Below are positions 27,823 through 37,870 of a stretch of DNA of 64,000 bases, piece by piece. A program made the translations under genes and the position numbers. Under the pieces are notes generated by a model that searched no databases, had not been told where the DNA came from, and saw nothing but the letters and a program-made list of their open reading frames with translations. Position 1 is the stretch's first letter; each line of letters starts with the position of its first letter. Origin of the DNA: a virus; IMG/VR virus record IMGVR_UViG_3300036772_000425, positions 74,924-138,923 of that record; one strand, given 5' to 3'.

Positions 27823-28098
27823 TCAACTCCGGCTGACCACGACGAAAGATACCACGACGGCGACGACCTGCAGGCCCACGAAGGTCCAACCCAACGTGGT
27901 CCAGCTGGGATCCAGGTGAAGCAGGTTCATGATGATGAACCCGAGTCCCCAGGCGAAACCCGCGGCGCACATCCCAACAAAGGCGCCGACGGTGTGGGCG
28001 AACCCCTTCGGGAACAGCAACCACAGTCCAAGGCACGCAAGGGCGATGATGAGCAGGTGCATGGTACCATCGTAGGCAAATCGCCGAACGTGTTGCAC
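27823..28098 (-). CDS. membrane protein (holin-like?)
   Basis: 91 aa; three hydrophobic helices. Confidence 0.4.
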   Translation of the reverse strand: MQHVRRFAYDGTMHLLIIALACLGLWLLFPKGFAHTVGAFVGMCAAGFAWGLGFIIMNLLHLDPSWTTLGWTFVGLQVVAVVVSFVVVSRS

Positions 28099-28149
28099 TC
28101 GTGCAACACCAGAAAATTCGAAAATTGGTGACCAATGGTTACCTACGAC

Positions 28150-28644
28150 TCATTGGTCGGGTGACACAGCCGGATCACCATCACCCTGCACGGCCGCATC
28201 GAACTCCTGGAGCCTGGACTCGAGGTTGGCGCGCTCGGTGTCGCCGGTGGTCGTGTCGAGCTTCATGTAGGCACCGGCGGATTTGTCCCACGCTGAGTAC
28301 GCAGAGTTGAGGATGTCGGTCCTCTTCTTCGTATCATCATCGGGATCAGTGAAGTTCAGGCCCTCGAAATCGTCGACCTGGTCGGACGACAGCCCATCGA
28401 TCACCGGTTGGAGCACGTCCTTTGCACCTGGTTTCACCACGGTGACCTGCGACGGTTGGCCGGTGGCATCCAGTACGACATTGCCGCCAGAGTCCTTACC
28501 GTAATCACGCTTGCCCGAGCATGCATCGCCGTACGCCGATGCCGCTGAACTGGGATCTGTCGCCGACGAGATGCTGTCCAACAGGGAGCCCAGGTCGCTG
28601 AACGTATCATGGAATTTCGTGAACGGAGGAGGATCGCTCGACAT
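28150..28644 (-). CDS. hypothetical acidic protein
   Basis: 164-aa ORF, Asp/Ser-rich. Confidence 0.4.
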   Translation of the reverse strand: MSSDPPPFTKFHDTFSDLGSLLDSISSATDPSSAASAYGDACSGKRDYGKDSGGNVVLDATGQPSQVTVVKPGAKDVLQPVIDGLSSDQVDDFEGLNFTDPDDDTKKRTDILNSAYSAWDKSAGAYMKLDTTTGDTERANLESRLQEFDAAVQGDGDPAVSPDQ

Positions 28645-28926
28645 GCATCACCGATCAGGTTGGGAACTTCCAATTTTGATCATCTGGGTAGATCACCAGG
28701 GTTTCTACGTGGCAGTTCGACGGTCCTCCCATCAGCATGATGATCACGGTCCAACCGTTCCTACGGGCCTGGGATCGTGCATGTCGACGATTGATGCCTG
28801 GCAGCTGTGCCACGACCATGCACAGCTGCCAATCGAGCTCCTCCGTGGGCAATCTGTACGGATCTTTCCTGAGGAACTTCCTCCTGTGCATCAGGAGACG
28901 TCCCGGGAGGAGGAGGTTCCTTTCCT

Positions 28927-29793
28927 TCATGCAACCGGTGTCACGGCCATGACCCTTTTCTTGAAGAGCCGTGCAGCCAACGATCCGATGGCGCGTCGAG
29001 CGTCCTTGGAATCGATGAACTCACCGGCACCCTCACGCTGCACGTCCTCCAACATGGCCGCGATCACCTTGGGCGTGTCCTTGATGTCCACGTTACCGAG
29101 CTTGTCCAGGACGTGCTCCAACCGGGTCGGCGTGACCCACTCCGCGGCGATGGCCTCAGCGTCCTCAAGGACCTTGAGCTTCGCCGGGTCGCCCACCTCC
29201 CTCACCGTCCTGGTCTCGCGCTCCTCAGCACGCTTGTGCTTGAAGATGAAGCGTTCTCCGTTGGCATCGTAGATCTCTTGCAGGGCTCGGAGAACGACGC
29301 CCTCCCGGGGTTGATCGCCTTCAACTCCGTTGCGGCGTGCCTGCTCGGACGGCGCGTCCCGTTCAGCGTCCAGCGCGGCGATCTCCACCGGAACACGTCG
29401 GTAGTGCACGAACTCGAGACCCAACCTCTGGGCGACCTGGTCAGCATCGGGCACGCTGAGCCAGCGATCGCCCACCTTGACCTCGAAGGCGATGAACTTC
29501 AACTGCTTCCCGTACCGCCAGGACTGTCCCTGTTGCTTTCCACCGTAGGCCTCACCGAAGACGATGATCTCCGGGTGACCGATGGTCTCGAAGGCGACCT
29601 TCAAGGCATCGAGGTCAAAGATCTTGATGAAGCTCGCAAGCGACTCGCCGCCGGCGAAGAGATGCACCTCCCCGTCCTTCCAGGACACGTGCGCGGAGGT
29701 GCCGTGAATCTTCTCCGATGCGTAGCACTCCCTGAGCAGAAAGAAACACTGCGCTTCAGGACGATAAAGGTTCGTCGTGTGCCTGTACCCCAT
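28927..29793 (-). CDS. RNA ligase, Rnl2-like
   Basis: 288 aa; motif I EKIHGTSA matches the Rnl2 K-I-H-G-T signature. Confidence 0.65.
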   Translation of the reverse strand: MGYRHTTNLYRPEAQCFFLLRECYASEKIHGTSAHVSWKDGEVHLFAGGESLASFIKIFDLDALKVAFETIGHPEIIVFGEAYGGKQQGQSWRYGKQLKFIAFEVKVGDRWLSVPDADQVAQRLGLEFVHYRRVPVEIAALDAERDAPSEQARRNGVEGDQPREGVVLRALQEIYDANGERFIFKHKRAEERETRTVREVGDPAKLKVLEDAEAIAAEWVTPTRLEHVLDKLGNVDIKDTPKVIAAMLEDVQREGAGEFIDSKDARRAIGSLAARLFKKRVMAVTPVA

Positions 29794-29996
29794 GTTATCC
29801 TTTCACGTTGATCTTCACCAGAGGGTGAGACCTCGTTGACGCTTCTCGCGTCGTTTCAAGAGCCAGTCCAGCAGCCTGATGAGCTGCCCGAGGCTCATCT
29901 CATCGATCCGCTTCAGGTGCAACCAACGTGCCAACCTACGTACGTTCTCCGGATGCGCCCTACGAAGTTGGTGCTTGGTCAGGCGCTCGGGTGACA

Positions 29997-30257
29997 TCAG
30001 TCGATCTTTCTACCTTCGAGCTTCAGCTGTAGGATGCGCGGAATCTCCGTCGATGGGATGTTCCGCCGTTCCTTGCAGACAGAACACTCGACATGGAAGG
30101 TCCAGTACTCCGGAGTTGATGTTGATTCCCTGGGATCGGAGTACCCAGGATGGTGAGTGCTCCTCAGATCGTTTACATCAGCTTCCAACTTTGAAAGGCA
30201 GGTGACGCACTGGAACTGCAGGTTCCATGCTGTCGTGCCACGCTCGATGACCTTCAT
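29997..30257 (-). CDS. hypothetical Cys-containing protein (Zn-ribbon?)
   Basis: 86 aa; CVTC...CSVC. Confidence 0.3.
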   Translation of the reverse strand: MKVIERGTTAWNLQFQCVTCLSKLEADVNDLRSTHHPGYSDPRESTSTPEYWTFHVECSVCKERRNIPSTEIPRILQLKLEGRKID

Positions 30258-30773
30258 CGAGGGACCTGGAAGTACTTCACGAGAGCCTCCTTCAGCATCA
30301 ACGAATCGGAGGTGTTCAGTGCGAACCGGACTGTACGTCCGGCGTTGGCACGGGCCTGGAGCTCGAAGCAGAACTCCCCGTCGGGGGATGCGGTGCCAGG
30401 GTCGATCAGGTACATCGGGACCTCACGGAGGGTTTCGCTCATGCGGAACAACCTACCCCACGCGGATCCCGATGTACTTCCCCTCATTTCACCAGAGGTC
30501 CCAGGTGCTCAAGGAGGCGACGGTGAAGGGTTCATCCCACCAACGCTCAGGATCGTTCATGATCATGAATGTCAGGTGGTTGAGCTCCCGCCGGTGCAAC
30601 CGGTTCGCCTTACGCTTCTCGTACGTGAATGCTCGTGGAACGCAGCAGGTTCGACGGACCCTGCTGATGTGTGCTTCGACTGCGGGTTTGGTTGCGATCA
30701 TCTCTGGGGACTCCTTGGCCCTAGAGATCTCCCACCCTCACCTGCCGCCTGCGCACCATGACCCTACCTATCC

Positions 30774-31091
30774 CTAGCCGATGATCAGGTGCCAGATGTA
30801 GCCCATCAACAGGCACATCGGGTAGATGACGAGGGTCAGGCTCAGGCTGGTGACGAGCGCGACGTACTTGTTCTCCGGGTACTTCCTTTCGAGCTCCTCA
30901 CGTGCTGAGTTAGCGTAGAGCGGCATGAAAATGAAATTCATGACGAGCAGCAGCCCGATCCCGCGCGCATGGTCGACGGTGGGTACGCTCGGGAACGTTG
31001 GCACCACGAACCACGACCACAGCTTCGACAGGATGAACCCTCCGAACACGATGCCGCCGACGTTGACTGCGAAACTGGCGAGGTGCTTCAC
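30774..31091 (-). CDS. membrane protein
   Basis: 105 aa; three or four hydrophobic helices. Confidence 0.4.
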   Translation of the reverse strand: MKHLASFAVNVGGIVFGGFILSKLWSWFVVPTFPSVPTVDHARGIGLLLVMNFIFMPLYANSAREELERKYPENKYVALVTSLSLTLVIYPMCLLMGYIWHLIIG

Positions 31092-31330
31092 TCGTTGATT
31101 CCCTTTCCGTTGATGATGTTCACGATCTGCCTGGGCTTCACCAGGTTACATTTCTCGATGATCTCAGGGATCCTCCGGCTCGGGATGTCGTAGTGAGGAT
31201 GCCTTGCGTGGTTGTGGAACCAACGTTGGTGGATGTGCAGTTCTCGTGCCATCAGGTGCAGGTTCTCCACCGAGTAGGGAACGCAGACCAGGTGACGTTG
31301 GTCGTCGCAGTAGTAGGTGAGCTCAGGCAC
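31088..31330 (-). CDS. hypothetical protein
   Basis: 80 aa; ATGA overlap with the downstream gene. Confidence 0.3.
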   Translation of the reverse strand: MPELTYYCDDQRHLVCVPYSVENLHLMARELHIHQRWFHNHARHPHYDIPSRRIPEIIEKCNLVKPRQIVNIINGKGINE

Positions 31331-32000
31331 CCGGACCTCGTTTCATGGTGGCGAACGCGATAGCGTCCTTCCAGCCCGTCTCATCGCCCGGGAACCGGGC
31401 ACATGGGCTGGGTGCCACCTTCTTGATGGCGCCTTGCAACGGTCCGCGGAAGTGCGGGTCGATGGTGCGCCAGAAGAAGGCATCCTTCAGCGAAATACCG
31501 CTGTAGACCATCACCTTGGTGCCCTCGTAGGCGCACTTGGCACAGTTCGGGTACCTGACACGCAGGACCAGGAAGGTACCCACCTCGTGCACCGTAAGGA
31601 CCTCGTAGTTCTGGGAGTCAGGGCTCGTTTGCACCATGGACTCAAGCTGCCTGATCTTCGACTGGAGGTCGTTGACGGTCTTGCGGCGCTTCTTCTCTTC
31701 TGACTCATTCTCGAGCTCGTACTGCCGGGCCTGCAGGTTCGAAGGGTGATGGCTGCAGTTGAGATCGTTCGGACCGTGCCTACATGTCATGGTGCTCCTG
31801 GAATTCGGGATCCATCTCGTCGTAACCACCGTTCGGATCTTCGATCCAATCGTTGGGTTCCATGCGGTCAGATCGTTCAGGGTGCGACACCTGCCTGGGT
31901 TTCCTGTTCGGGACCCCGCCACGAGGTGGCCGAGCACGTTGGACGACCCTCCACAGGCCGCCGGTGCAGACGCATGTTCCCGGTGGATGCAATCCATCAC
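31323..32000 (-). CDS. hypothetical protein (start uncertain)
   Basis: 225-aa ORF. Confidence 0.3.
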   Translation of the reverse strand: MMDCIHREHASAPAACGGSSNVLGHLVAGSRTGNPGRCRTLNDLTAWNPTIGSKIRTVVTTRWIPNSRSTMTCRHGPNDLNCSHHPSNLQARQYELENESEEKKRRKTVNDLQSKIRQLESMVQTSPDSQNYEVLTVHEVGTFLVLRVRYPNCAKCAYEGTKVMVYSGISLKDAFFWRTIDPHFRGPLQGAIKKVAPSPCARFPGDETGWKDAIAFATMKRGPGA

Positions 32001-32348
32001 GGTCCCAACGCTTCGATCGCCAGCAGCAAACGCACTCGAGCAGGTACAGCATCAATCGTTGTCCCAGCTCATGCCACAGGCACTGCAGGTGTACTGGCTC
32101 CTGCCCGGATGAGCGCAGAAGGTGCGGATCGTTCTGATCAGTTCCTGTGTCATCCGAACATCAGCGTTCAGGCCTGCCAGGTGCTTCTGCAGCATCGTGA
32201 ACGTGGGTTTGATCTGTTCCTGCTCCAGCGGGAACGTAACGTTCGGAACGCTCATGACGGGATCCCATCCCTCCAGGCGACGTATGCCTTTGAGAAAACT
32301 ATGTTTTTCATACTTCGTTTACAATGGGTTCCCCTACAGTACAAATTC

Positions 32349-32939
32349 ATGATGAAACCCAAAGAAGATCTAGAAATGTTGCTGGCTGAAGCTGAAGACA
32401 TGTACGTCAACCAGATGATGCCAATCAAGGCTGTTGTCAAGAAGTTTCGGGATGAAGGACGTTCCATCACGCTCTGGCGCCTATGTGACAGACTTCATAA
32501 CAAAAACCTCACTCGAACCCCAACACAGACCCTCATTTACCAACGATTGATCGGTAAAGTTTCCAACACCTGTGTCATCAACGGTTGTTCGAACCAGTGC
32601 ATGGGAAGACGAAAGTATTGCCGAACATGCATTCCTGATGGTACCGCTCACATCACCTACTTGCGCCACGGACTTACACATCCTCAAATCGATGCGATGC
32701 TAGCATCGCAAGGTGGTGTATGCGCTGGGTGTTTACAGCTCATGTGTCGTGGTGGAAGGGCTAAAGCTAAAAGTCAGTGTGTTGATCACGATCACATCAC
32801 TGGTGATATCAGGGGGATCTTATGTCGTGGCTGTAACACGACCCTAGGTTCGGCAAAAGATTCCGCAGCAACGCTTCGTAGACTTGCTGCATACCTTGAT
32901 GTTCACTCAGTGATACAAACGACATCGATGCAATCCTAA
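32349..32939 (+). CDS. endonuclease VII-like (T4 gp49 family) junction-resolving nuclease
   Basis: Trimmed to ATG 32349 (MMKPKED...); C-terminal CAGC...VDHDHITGDIRGILCRGCN is the Endonuclease_7 signature; the only plus-strand gene in this region. Confidence 0.6.
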   Translation: MMKPKEDLEMLLAEAEDMYVNQMMPIKAVVKKFRDEGRSITLWRLCDRLHNKNLTRTPTQTLIYQRLIGKVSNTCVINGCSNQCMGRRKYCRTCIPDGTAHITYLRHGLTHPQIDAMLASQGGVCAGCLQLMCRGGRAKAKSQCVDHDHITGDIRGILCRGCNTTLGSAKDSAATLRRLAAYLDVHSVIQTTSMQS

Positions 32940-32944
32940 TGCAT

Positions 32945-34294
32945 CTACTTGTTGAGGGCTACCCATCGTTCGTACGCTACGAGTACTGACTGATCTACAT
33001 CAGCTTCATCACGAAGTCGACAATAGACAGGGAAACGCATTTTGCCCTCGTTCGTCAACCCGTCCTTGGTCAGGGGATCGGGTTGGGCCTCGCACTCCAC
33101 GATCTTCCCGACCCAGGCATCGGGAGTGTCGAGCTGCACCTGCGTGCGCAGGGCGTCGTTGAACCCTCCACCGACACGGGTGATGACACCGTTGGGCAGC
33201 AGGACCTCGAACCCACCGAAAAGCCCTTCACGTTTGGTCCCGCGGCGACCCTCGTACCATCCGACGATGGTGCCTTCGTAGGTCACACACGGTTTCAACT
33301 TCAGGATGTTCTTGGAACGGTCCCACTCGTAGGTGGTGGCAAGCGTCTTCAGCATCACCCCTTCGTAACCCTCGTCCATGCACCTGGCGAAGAAATCCTT
33401 GAGCTCCTCCTCGTTCGTGGCCATGATGTGTGGGACCTGTCGAACATGCTTGTCGTTCGCTGCACCGAGCACCCGCTCCACGAGGTCGCAGCGTTCCCGG
33501 TAGGTGAGCAGGGTGGCCTGCGCGACCCAATCGGCGACAGGCATCGCATCGAAGACGTTGTAGAAGATGTTGGAATCGTCCTTCTTCGTCTTCGACGACA
33601 TCAGGACGCTGGCCGACTCGTTCCAGTCCTCCCCCATCGCCTCCCCGTCGAGAGCGATGTCGTCGATGGCCATGGTCTCGAGCACCGCCCTGATCTTCGG
33701 CAAGGTTTCCAGAACTGTCCCGTTGCGGGTGTAGAAGGTGACCTCTCCTGACTTCTTGACTGCGATGCATCGCAGGCCGTCCAGCTTGGGTTCGACCCTA
33801 ACGGGGTAGCTCACGCTCTCCATGATCCGGATGCCGGTTCCCCGTTCGAACTCGCTCTTCAGTGTGCAAGCAAGGGCGACGCTGAAGCCCTTGATGAGGT
33901 CGGGCCAGACCTTGTTGACTGTGGTGACCTGCACCCCACACCTGAGGTTCCTGAGCAGGATGCGCTGGCACCACTTCTGCTCCAACGCAGTCATCATCCC
34001 GAAGCATGATTCCACCGCGCGCTTGGCCTCGTTGCCCGTCAGCTCGCGAGTTGCCAGGCGATCGTGGATCAGATCCAGGAAACATCGCACCCGGTCATCC
34101 CCGGTCACCACGCCCTGTACGGCGGGAGGCATCTTGAACTTGTTGACGTAGTACACGGTGTACGGATCGAACGCAGAGATGAAGACCCTCTGCAGTAGCT
34201 CGTTGGACCGAGCGACCTGCAGGATGTCCTTCTTGGCGTTGCTGCCCTGGGTGGATTCGAGCTCCTCCAGGAGGGTGATCACATGACGTTCCAT
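32945..34294 (-). CDS. ATP-dependent DNA ligase
   Basis: 449 aa; motif I VEPKLDGLRCIA (KxDGxR); later EGVMLK. Confidence 0.7.
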   Translation of the reverse strand: MERHVITLLEELESTQGSNAKKDILQVARSNELLQRVFISAFDPYTVYYVNKFKMPPAVQGVVTGDDRVRCFLDLIHDRLATRELTGNEAKRAVESCFGMMTALEQKWCQRILLRNLRCGVQVTTVNKVWPDLIKGFSVALACTLKSEFERGTGIRIMESVSYPVRVEPKLDGLRCIAVKKSGEVTFYTRNGTVLETLPKIRAVLETMAIDDIALDGEAMGEDWNESASVLMSSKTKKDDSNIFYNVFDAMPVADWVAQATLLTYRERCDLVERVLGAANDKHVRQVPHIMATNEEELKDFFARCMDEGYEGVMLKTLATTYEWDRSKNILKLKPCVTYEGTIVGWYEGRRGTKREGLFGGFEVLLPNGVITRVGGGFNDALRTQVQLDTPDAWVGKIVECEAQPDPLTKDGLTNEGKMRFPVYCRLRDEADVDQSVLVAYERWVALNK

Positions 34295-34305
34295 TGGGTC
34301 CTATC

Positions 34306-34539
34306 CTAACCCGAGCGCGCCGGGTTTTTCACTTCGCACAGCGCTGAGCGCAGGGAGTCAGCCTGGGCGCGGGTGAGCGAGGTCCTGATGGCCTCGCCTT
34401 CATCGTTCATCTGCGTGAATTCTACCTCGCCCGTCAACGAGTTCATGTGCACCTGCAGCGTGGATCCGGCACCGTGCAGGCTCAGCAGCTCGGTCCACGG
34501 GTACCTGTGATGGTCCAGGACGATGATCTCAGCGCTCAT
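34306..34539 (-). CDS. hypothetical protein
   Basis: 77 aa. Confidence 0.3.
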   Translation of the reverse strand: MSAEIIVLDHHRYPWTELLSLHGAGSTLQVHMNSLTGEVEFTQMNDEGEAIRTSLTRAQADSLRSALCEVKNPARSG

Positions 34540-34555
34540 GGGGAACTCCGGGTGT

Positions 34556-35014
34556 TCAGACCGGCCTGACCAGGTCGATATTGTTCACGATGAACCTTCC
34601 GATGCTTGAGACGAAGGTGTGCTTCCACACCTGCACATCGAGGTACATCGAGGTTGTCATATCCCACTTCCGTTCCACGCTGCGCACCTTACCGGTGAAG
34701 ATCAGCACGGTTCCCACCCCGACCACGGGGTCGCTCATCGTCAATTCGAGCACGGCGAACGGATGTTTCCCCCTAAGCGACCAACCCAAATTAACGAGGG
34801 TCACCACGAGAGCTCCGATCGGCAGCCAGTGCTGCCATTCAACCTCCGAAGGGAGGGTGTAGCGTGCAGGTTCGTCGAGCAGACGTGCCCGAGCAGCTTC
34901 AGGGTCGAGCCAGACAACCGGACCGTCGGCCCTCCTCGGGGTCGTCGCCGGTCGTTTGACCCAATCGATCTGGGTTCCTTTCGCGCGACGGATCGGTTTC
35001 TTCGCACCCCACAT
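34556..35014 (-). CDS. hypothetical membrane-associated protein
   Basis: 152 aa; hydrophobic segments. Confidence 0.35.
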   Translation of the reverse strand: MWGAKKPIRRAKGTQIDWVKRPATTPRRADGPVVWLDPEAARARLLDEPARYTLPSEVEWQHWLPIGALVVTLVNLGWSLRGKHPFAVLELTMSDPVVGVGTVLIFTGKVRSVERKWDMTTSMYLDVQVWKHTFVSSIGRFIVNNIDLVRPV

Positions 35015-35234
35015 GGTTCGTTTCTACCACATCGCCCGGTACGTTGCACTGTGATGCAAGAGGGTGGACCGGCATCCTCGGATTCCCGTTCGATCCGGTC
35101 CTTGTTACTGGCGGGACCAGCGGTGCCCGCTTTCACATTCGACGTGTTGTTCGCGGCAGGTGCATGCTGCCGCCGCCCGAACCCGATAGCAAGGATCTCG
35201 GTGTCTGCACGAGATCCAGGTCATGGAACTTCCC

Positions 35235-35624
35235 TCAGCCACCGACCTTGTCGGTGGCGTTGGGGTTCCGGAAATTCTTGTACATCGGTTCGATCACATC
35301 CCGCCAGAAGGCATCGAAGACGAGCTGCTTCCGTGCGTTCCGTTCCTCACGGCTGGGGTTGATCTTGCCGATACCCACCTTGGCGCGTCTCTGGACGATG
35401 AGTTGTTCCTTGTTCTGGAGCTTCAGGGCGTCCTTCTTCAGGGCCCTTCGCCACAGCTTCCGGAATTTCCGGCGCAGGATCCGAGCCTCCTCGACCGGAA
35501 GCTGGGACAGGGCACGGCGCATGTCAAGGGTGGTCTTCTCCAACGGGAGGATCCCAGCCTGGAACATGACGGCCATGATCATGGCCCGGCTTACTTCGTC
35601 GAACGCGCGCTTGGGTGGGTTCAT
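35235..35624 (-). CDS. hypothetical basic protein
   Basis: 129 aa. Confidence 0.35.
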   Translation of the reverse strand: MNPPKRAFDEVSRAMIMAVMFQAGILPLEKTTLDMRRALSQLPVEEARILRRKFRKLWRRALKKDALKLQNKEQLIVQRRAKVGIGKINPSREERNARKQLVFDAFWRDVIEPMYKNFRNPNATDKVGG

Positions 35625-35689
35625 ACGGGCGATCCTGCACTTCCTGTGGCACCCGCCAGGATCGGTGACCGATCCTGGCGGGTGCAGTT

Positions 35690-37030
35690 CTACTTCTTTT
35701 CCTTCGGTTTGAAGATCCCCGGGATATTGGGCATGATGCCGATCCCTGCTTCACCCATCGGGACCCCGAAGCAATCCATCACGTGCTTGGCGCAGTACTG
35801 GTGTGCGCTCTTGGCCAGGTCGATCTTGTCGATCCCTTCGGCGGTGAGCTTGCCCCACAGGGACAGCTTCAGCTCATCGGGCAGGTCGATGAAGAGCTGG
35901 CCCATGTTCTCGCCCTGCTGGGTGTTCAGCTTGGTGAGTTCCTTGACGGCGTACGCGGCCACCTTGTCGACCACGTCGTTCTGGCGTCCCTGGCCCAGGC
36001 GGAGGACCTTCTTCCGGATCATGGGCTGATGGTACTCGTTCACGATCTCCTCGCCCGTGATGCGGTGATCAGCGCTCTTGCAGTAGTCCCTGAAGGCGAT
36101 GGCCGCCTCCGTCCCGAGGAATCCCATGCAGATGTGGTAGAAGACCTCGCTCTTCGGGTTCTCCAGCAGCCCAGCGTGCTTCAACGCATGGTGCACCATC
36201 TCCCACGAGCGGGGGCTCGGTGAAACCGCGCCGGGCTCTGCCGACTTCGGCCCGTAGAGCCAGTTGTTTCCGTCCGCACGCTTCGTCGTCTGGATGAAGT
36301 CCGGGATGAAGTCGTGCAACGAACCTCCGTGCACCGGGTCGTCGCTCCGTGCCCAGGCCAGGAACTCCTCCACGTCCGGGTTGAGATCGACGGTGAAGAA
36401 CCGATCGAGCAGCGCGGGGTCCATCTCATTGACGGTGTACGCACCGCCGGTGTTGACTGCTGCGTAAACGCGCGTCAGCGGGTGCAGTTGGAAACCGTTC
36501 AGCTCGCGGTCGAGGACGATCTGGAAGGCGGCCTGCATCACCTCGGGCGTGGCCCTGTTCAGCTCATCGAGGAACAGAGCGCACGGGGCGTTGCAGGCCT
36601 GCTTGTACCAGTCGGGAGGGTTGAACCGGGTGGTCTGGCCGTCGGTGCTGGGCAGGCCGACCATGTCGCCCTCTGACATCTGGCTGAGCCGTCGGTCGAT
36701 GACAGGGAAGAAATCGGGCGCGTTCTTGAACCTCGCCATGCTGATGATGCCGTTCCGGACAGGCACGGAATTCCCCTCGTTGGCCTGCTTGATCAGGTCT
36801 TCCCGGATGGTGGAGACCACCTGCCGGATCACCTTGCTCTTGCCCACACCGTGGTTGGCGCGGAGCAGGATCGAGGTCCAAGGGGGCAGCGCAACGGCGA
36901 CACCCTTGAATGAACCGATGGACATGGACGTCAGCGTCGACATTCTTTCAACTCCTTGAGATTTCGTTGCACTTCTAGCTTCTACCATTGATGCGAACGG
37001 ATTTGCACCCGTTCGAACGTAGAGCTGCAA
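35690..37030 (-). CDS. MoxR-family AAA+ ATPase
   Basis: 446 aa; Walker A ANHGVGKS; Walker B ALFLDELNRA; ALLDRF motif. Confidence 0.65.
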   Translation of the reverse strand: MQLYVRTGANPFASMVEARSATKSQGVERMSTLTSMSIGSFKGVAVALPPWTSILLRANHGVGKSKVIRQVVSTIREDLIKQANEGNSVPVRNGIISMARFKNAPDFFPVIDRRLSQMSEGDMVGLPSTDGQTTRFNPPDWYKQACNAPCALFLDELNRATPEVMQAAFQIVLDRELNGFQLHPLTRVYAAVNTGGAYTVNEMDPALLDRFFTVDLNPDVEEFLAWARSDDPVHGGSLHDFIPDFIQTTKRADGNNWLYGPKSAEPGAVSPSPRSWEMVHHALKHAGLLENPKSEVFYHICMGFLGTEAAIAFRDYCKSADHRITGEEIVNEYHQPMIRKKVLRLGQGRQNDVVDKVAAYAVKELTKLNTQQGENMGQLFIDLPDELKLSLWGKLTAEGIDKIDLAKSAHQYCAKHVMDCFGVPMGEAGIGIMPNIPGIFKPKEKK

Positions 37031-37062
37031 TTCGTCGTTCGGTCGTTGTCTGCGACCGGTGC

Positions 37063-37458
37063 TTACGGAGCGAGCAGGCGCTGGCGAGCCTGCGTCGTGA
37101 TGGTCGTGAAACCGTCAGCAAGCTCCTCGTAGATGTCCCAGCTCGATCCCATCAGCCTGTAGCAGGTGTAGTAGGCCTTCCTGGCCACGGTCTCTGCCAG
37201 CTCCCGCTCGATGAGCGATTCAGGCATGCAGACATCGGCAAACAGCACCCAATCACCGACCCTCTGGAAGCCCACAAAAGATCCGGTGTTACGGGCCTGT
37301 TGGTACTCCAGGACAAGTGAGCAATTTGCCAGCGTGGCCTGAGAGACCCTGGATTGGTCCTTCAGGACCCCCGCGATGTACGCGATGGTCTCTGGTCGGC
37401 ACTTGACACCCGCCAACCTTTGGTGGAACCATGGACCCAGACTGGTGATCACCTGCAT
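37063..37458 (-). CDS. hypothetical protein
   Basis: 131 aa. Confidence 0.35.
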   Translation of the reverse strand: MQVITSLGPWFHQRLAGVKCRPETIAYIAGVLKDQSRVSQATLANCSLVLEYQQARNTGSFVGFQRVGDWVLFADVCMPESLIERELAETVARKAYYTCYRLMGSSWDIYEELADGFTTITTQARQRLLAP

Positions 37459-37478
37459 GGTCGAACATTATCTCAGGT

Positions 37479-37862
37479 TCAGACAGGCGATTCTTTCTTC
37501 TGCCGTCGTCGTTTGACAGTCTCTTCTGGTCCGTTCATGATCGACCCTGGCGCCGATCGTTCATCGACGTCGTCGACGAGTTCGTCAACAGGACCAGGAG
37601 GCGCCTCAAGAACTAGGACACCTTCCTGCGGACTGTTGACGAACCGTCCCGCAGGAATGACCTGCTCGAATTCATGTTGGGTCGGTGCGACGACACCCAT
37701 CCTACCGCACCACAGTTCAAGCGCACCGTACGTTGAGATGCCCAACTCTGAGATCAGGACATGCAACGTGCTGCGCCGGCGTCGAAGAACATCGGCCAAA
37801 CGCAACCTGGGTTGGTTCTTGAGAACGATGCGTCCTGGATTTCCTCTTCCGTCCCTGCTCAT
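37479..37862 (-). CDS. hypothetical protein
   Basis: 127 aa. Confidence 0.3.
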   Translation of the reverse strand: MSRDGRGNPGRIVLKNQPRLRLADVLRRRRSTLHVLISELGISTYGALELWCGRMGVVAPTQHEFEQVIPAGRFVNSPQEGVLVLEAPPGPVDELVDDVDERSAPGSIMNGPEETVKRRRQKKESPV

Positions 37863-37870
37863 GCAGGTAA

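Noticed and set aside
31746-32348. N-terminal 200 aa of the 397-aa plus-strand ORF containing the endonuclease VII domain
   Set aside because: That part overlaps the minus-strand gene 31323..32000 and is Arg/Pro-rich; the conserved domain begins after an internal ATG at 32349, which was used instead.
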